From: Gemmatimonadales bacterium
GTDB lineage: Bacteria > Gemmatimonadota > Gemmatimonadetes > Gemmatimonadales > GWC2-71-9
Reading direction: 5' to 3'
NCBI GenBank assembly: GCA_035543695.1
Contig: DATKJJ010000256.1
Span: forward strand, 1-29,431
DNA: 29,431 bases
Shown: piece after piece, positions 27,690 through 29,431 of the stretch
Position numbering within the stretch: the stretch's first letter is position 1
How the letters are laid out: each line of letters starts with the position of its first letter
Made by a program: the position numbers and the translations under genes
Notes under the pieces: model-generated
What the model was told of the DNA's origin: nothing
The model's database searches: none
What the model saw: only the letters and a program-made list of their open reading frames with translations

Positions 27690-28340
27690 TTACCGGGCAA
27701 CGAGTTGATCCCGGAGGCGTGAGATGGCCGCCGGTCCGAAGCCAGGGACCCGCTCCAGCTCGTCCACCGTGGAAAACCGGCCCTGCCGCTCGCGGTACTG
27801 CAGAATGGCTGCCGCCTTGGAAGGACCGACTCCGGGAAGCGCATCTAACTCGCTGATAGAAGCGGTGTTGAGGTCCAGAGGAGAAGCCTGCGACTGGGGA
27901 GGCGGAGCCGTGGTGACAGTGGCAGATGACGGCGAACCTGGGAGACCTGCCGCCCCGCTGAAGGCCACGTGAGGGCTCAGAATCTTGAGCAATCCGGGGC
28001 CGATTCCTGACACCCGGTCGAGGCCTGCCAGGGAGTTGAAGGGACCGTGCGCCTGCCGATCGGCAACGATCACCTTGGCCAGGCGGATGCCCACCTTGGG
28101 CAGCCGGGTGAGCTCGGTGGGGGATGCCAGGTCTACGTTGATCCGCTCGGTGGGGCCAAGCGGCCTGCCCTGCCGCAGGGCACTGTCACGCTGGGCACCC
28201 GGGGAGGCCGGAGGCAGCGCGCCCAGGAGTTGAACCTGACCGGGAGGCTGGCCGGGGCGAGTGAGGAAATGCCTGACACCCTGGCCGAGCACCGCCAGAG
28301 CCAGGAGCAGCAGCATGGCGCGAGCTTCGGATGTGGGCAT
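27690..28340 (-). CDS. comEA: ComEA-family DNA receptor with two helix-hairpin-helix modules
   Basis: N-terminal hydrophobic anchor; INVDLASPTELTRLPKVG...GPFNSLAGLDRVSGIG and LDLNTASISELDALPGVG...GRFSTVDELERVPGFG. Confidence 0.85.
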   Translation of the reverse strand: MPTSEARAMLLLLALAVLGQGVRHFLTRPGQPPGQVQLLGALPPASPGAQRDSALRQGRPLGPTERINVDLASPTELTRLPKVGIRLAKVIVADRQAHGPFNSLAGLDRVSGIGPGLLKILSPHVAFSGAAGLPGSPSSATVTTAPPPQSQASPLDLNTASISELDALPGVGPSKAAAILQYRERQGRFSTVDELERVPGFGPAAISRLRDQLVAR

Positions 28341-28346
28341 GGTGGT

Positions 28347-28352
28347 ACGGTA
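28347..28352 (-). promoter_or_regulatory. -10-like element, possible leaderless promoter of comEA-pilBTC
   Basis: TACCGT (TAnnnT) 6 nt before ATG 28340; no SD. Confidence 0.35.
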
Positions 28353-28424
28353 AAGCGGTGAGGTGGTTCTCTACGGACCGGCTTGGCGCGGGGCGGCGCT
28401 TACAAAGGCGGGAAGGGCAGGATC

Positions 28425-29345
28425 CTAGTCTCTTCCCTCCCGGCGGATCAGCTCCACCGCCACATCGCCCACCACCTGCAGGCTCGAGGCGCTGACCTTG
28501 TCAATCGTATCGTACTGGGTGTGCCAGGCGGGATAATCAAAGTCCACCACGTCGATGGCTCGAATGCCGGCCTTCTGCAGCTCCAGGTGGTCGTCGATGA
28601 GGGTGTGCCGGGGTGAGGCGATGAAGTACCCGGCGTAGCCCAGGTCCTTGGCCGTGTCCCACACCAATTCCACCACCTCCGGGGCGCCGACCAGAGAGTT
28701 CCCCTCCTGATAGATCTGCAGATCCTTATCGGCGATCAGATCGAACAGCACAGCGTACAGCGGTTTGGGTCCGGGGGCCTGGTGAGCGCCATAATAGCGG
28801 GAGCCGATCAGCACGTCGTTCGGAGACTTGGTGAAGTCGCCGTAGTCCTCACCGTCGACGAAGAGCAGATCGACCCCAACTGTCGAAGGGGTCCGCTTCA
28901 ACACATCGGCCAGACCCAGGAGCAGTGCCACTCCGGACCCACCATCGTTTGCTCCCATTACCGCATGACTGGAGTCACGTGAGGTGGGGCTATCGGATAC
29001 CGGACGGCTGTCCCAGTGCGCCAGGAACAGCAGCCGCTTCTCCGCGCCGGGACTGAAGCGGGCCAGGAAATTTCGCAGCCGCAGTGTGTCGCCCTTGCCG
29101 GTAACATGGTTCCAGCTCTGCACCAGCAGCGTGTCCGCGCGCGCATGCAGCAGGCTGTCCAGCCAGTTCCCCATCTTCTCGTGGGCCGGTGAACCCGGCA
29201 CTCGGGAGCCGAAGGCCACCTGGCTCTGGATGTAGGCGAACGCCGTCGAGCCGGAGAACTCCTGGGGAGGGCGGGCCTTCTCCCGGCAGGAGAGGGCGGA
29301 GAGGACGGAGAGGGCGGAGATGACGGAGACGATGGAACCGCGCAT
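28425..29345 (-). CDS. M28-family zinc enzyme, probable animal-type (type II) glutaminyl cyclase; probable lipoprotein
   Basis: LAHWDSRP, GANDGGSG, FVDGEDYG, GSRYY, FDLIAD, EGNS...VWDTAKDLGY, IDDH, WHTQYDT; start ATG 29345 (alt TTG 29360); Cys after the signal segment, non-canonical lipobox ALS-C. Confidence 0.8.
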   Translation of the reverse strand: MRGSIVSVISALSVLSALSCREKARPPQEFSGSTAFAYIQSQVAFGSRVPGSPAHEKMGNWLDSLLHARADTLLVQSWNHVTGKGDTLRLRNFLARFSPGAEKRLLFLAHWDSRPVSDSPTSRDSSHAVMGANDGGSGVALLLGLADVLKRTPSTVGVDLLFVDGEDYGDFTKSPNDVLIGSRYYGAHQAPGPKPLYAVLFDLIADKDLQIYQEGNSLVGAPEVVELVWDTAKDLGYAGYFIASPRHTLIDDHLELQKAGIRAIDVVDFDYPAWHTQYDTIDKVSASSLQVVGDVAVELIRREGRD

Positions 29346-29431
29346 TGGGTTTCTGGCCAAAGGGTCAGGTCTAAGTCGCGAACCGAAGCCGTGGAACGTA
29401 ATCCCTCTCCGTCCTCTCCGTCCTCTCCGCC
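29289..29431. repeat. Inverted nonamer array spanning the M28 start codon (right arm cut by window edge)
   Basis: Left arm GGAGAGGGC/GGAGAGGAC/GGAGAGGGC/GGAGATGAC/GGAGACGAT at 29289-29333; right arm TCCCTCTCC/GTCCTCTCC/GTCCTCTCC/GCC at 29402-29431. Confidence 0.85.

Overview
GC-rich bacterial chromosomal window; gene content and pilin type suggest Gemmatimonadota (inference, not verified by search). It holds a split type IV-a pilus / DNA-uptake locus, mostly on the minus strand. Right part: M28 (glutaminyl-cyclase-like) lipoprotein, double-HhH ComEA, pilB (with tandem MshEN c-di-GMP motifs), pilT, pilC. Left part: pilS-pilR, a convergently inserted 1015-aa membrane/spermidine-synthase-fold protein, major pilin with a well-spaced sigma-54 promoter and terminator, a second pilin paralog, a second HAMP kinase/sigma-54 activator pair, and PilV- and PilW-like minor pilins running off the left edge. 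Between pilC and pilS lie ~12 kb of other genes: glycine-zipper lipoprotein, two hypotheticals, head-to-head aceK/icd, hslR, TPR lytic transglycosylase, 4-PAS hybrid kinase, DUF4142, DUF2231 and a GIY-YIG protein. The most notable non-gene signals are (i) a c-di-GMP-riboswitch-like structured RNA candidate upstream of pilA with a mutually exclusive hairpin, (ii) inverted arrays of 7- and 9-mer tandem repeats, one of which encodes part of a signal peptide, and (iii) four genes with a -10 hexamer 5-7 nt from the ATG (likely leaderless). No transposase, integrase, tRNA, rRNA or CRISPR array was seen. All family assignments are from motif recognition by eye; no searches were run.
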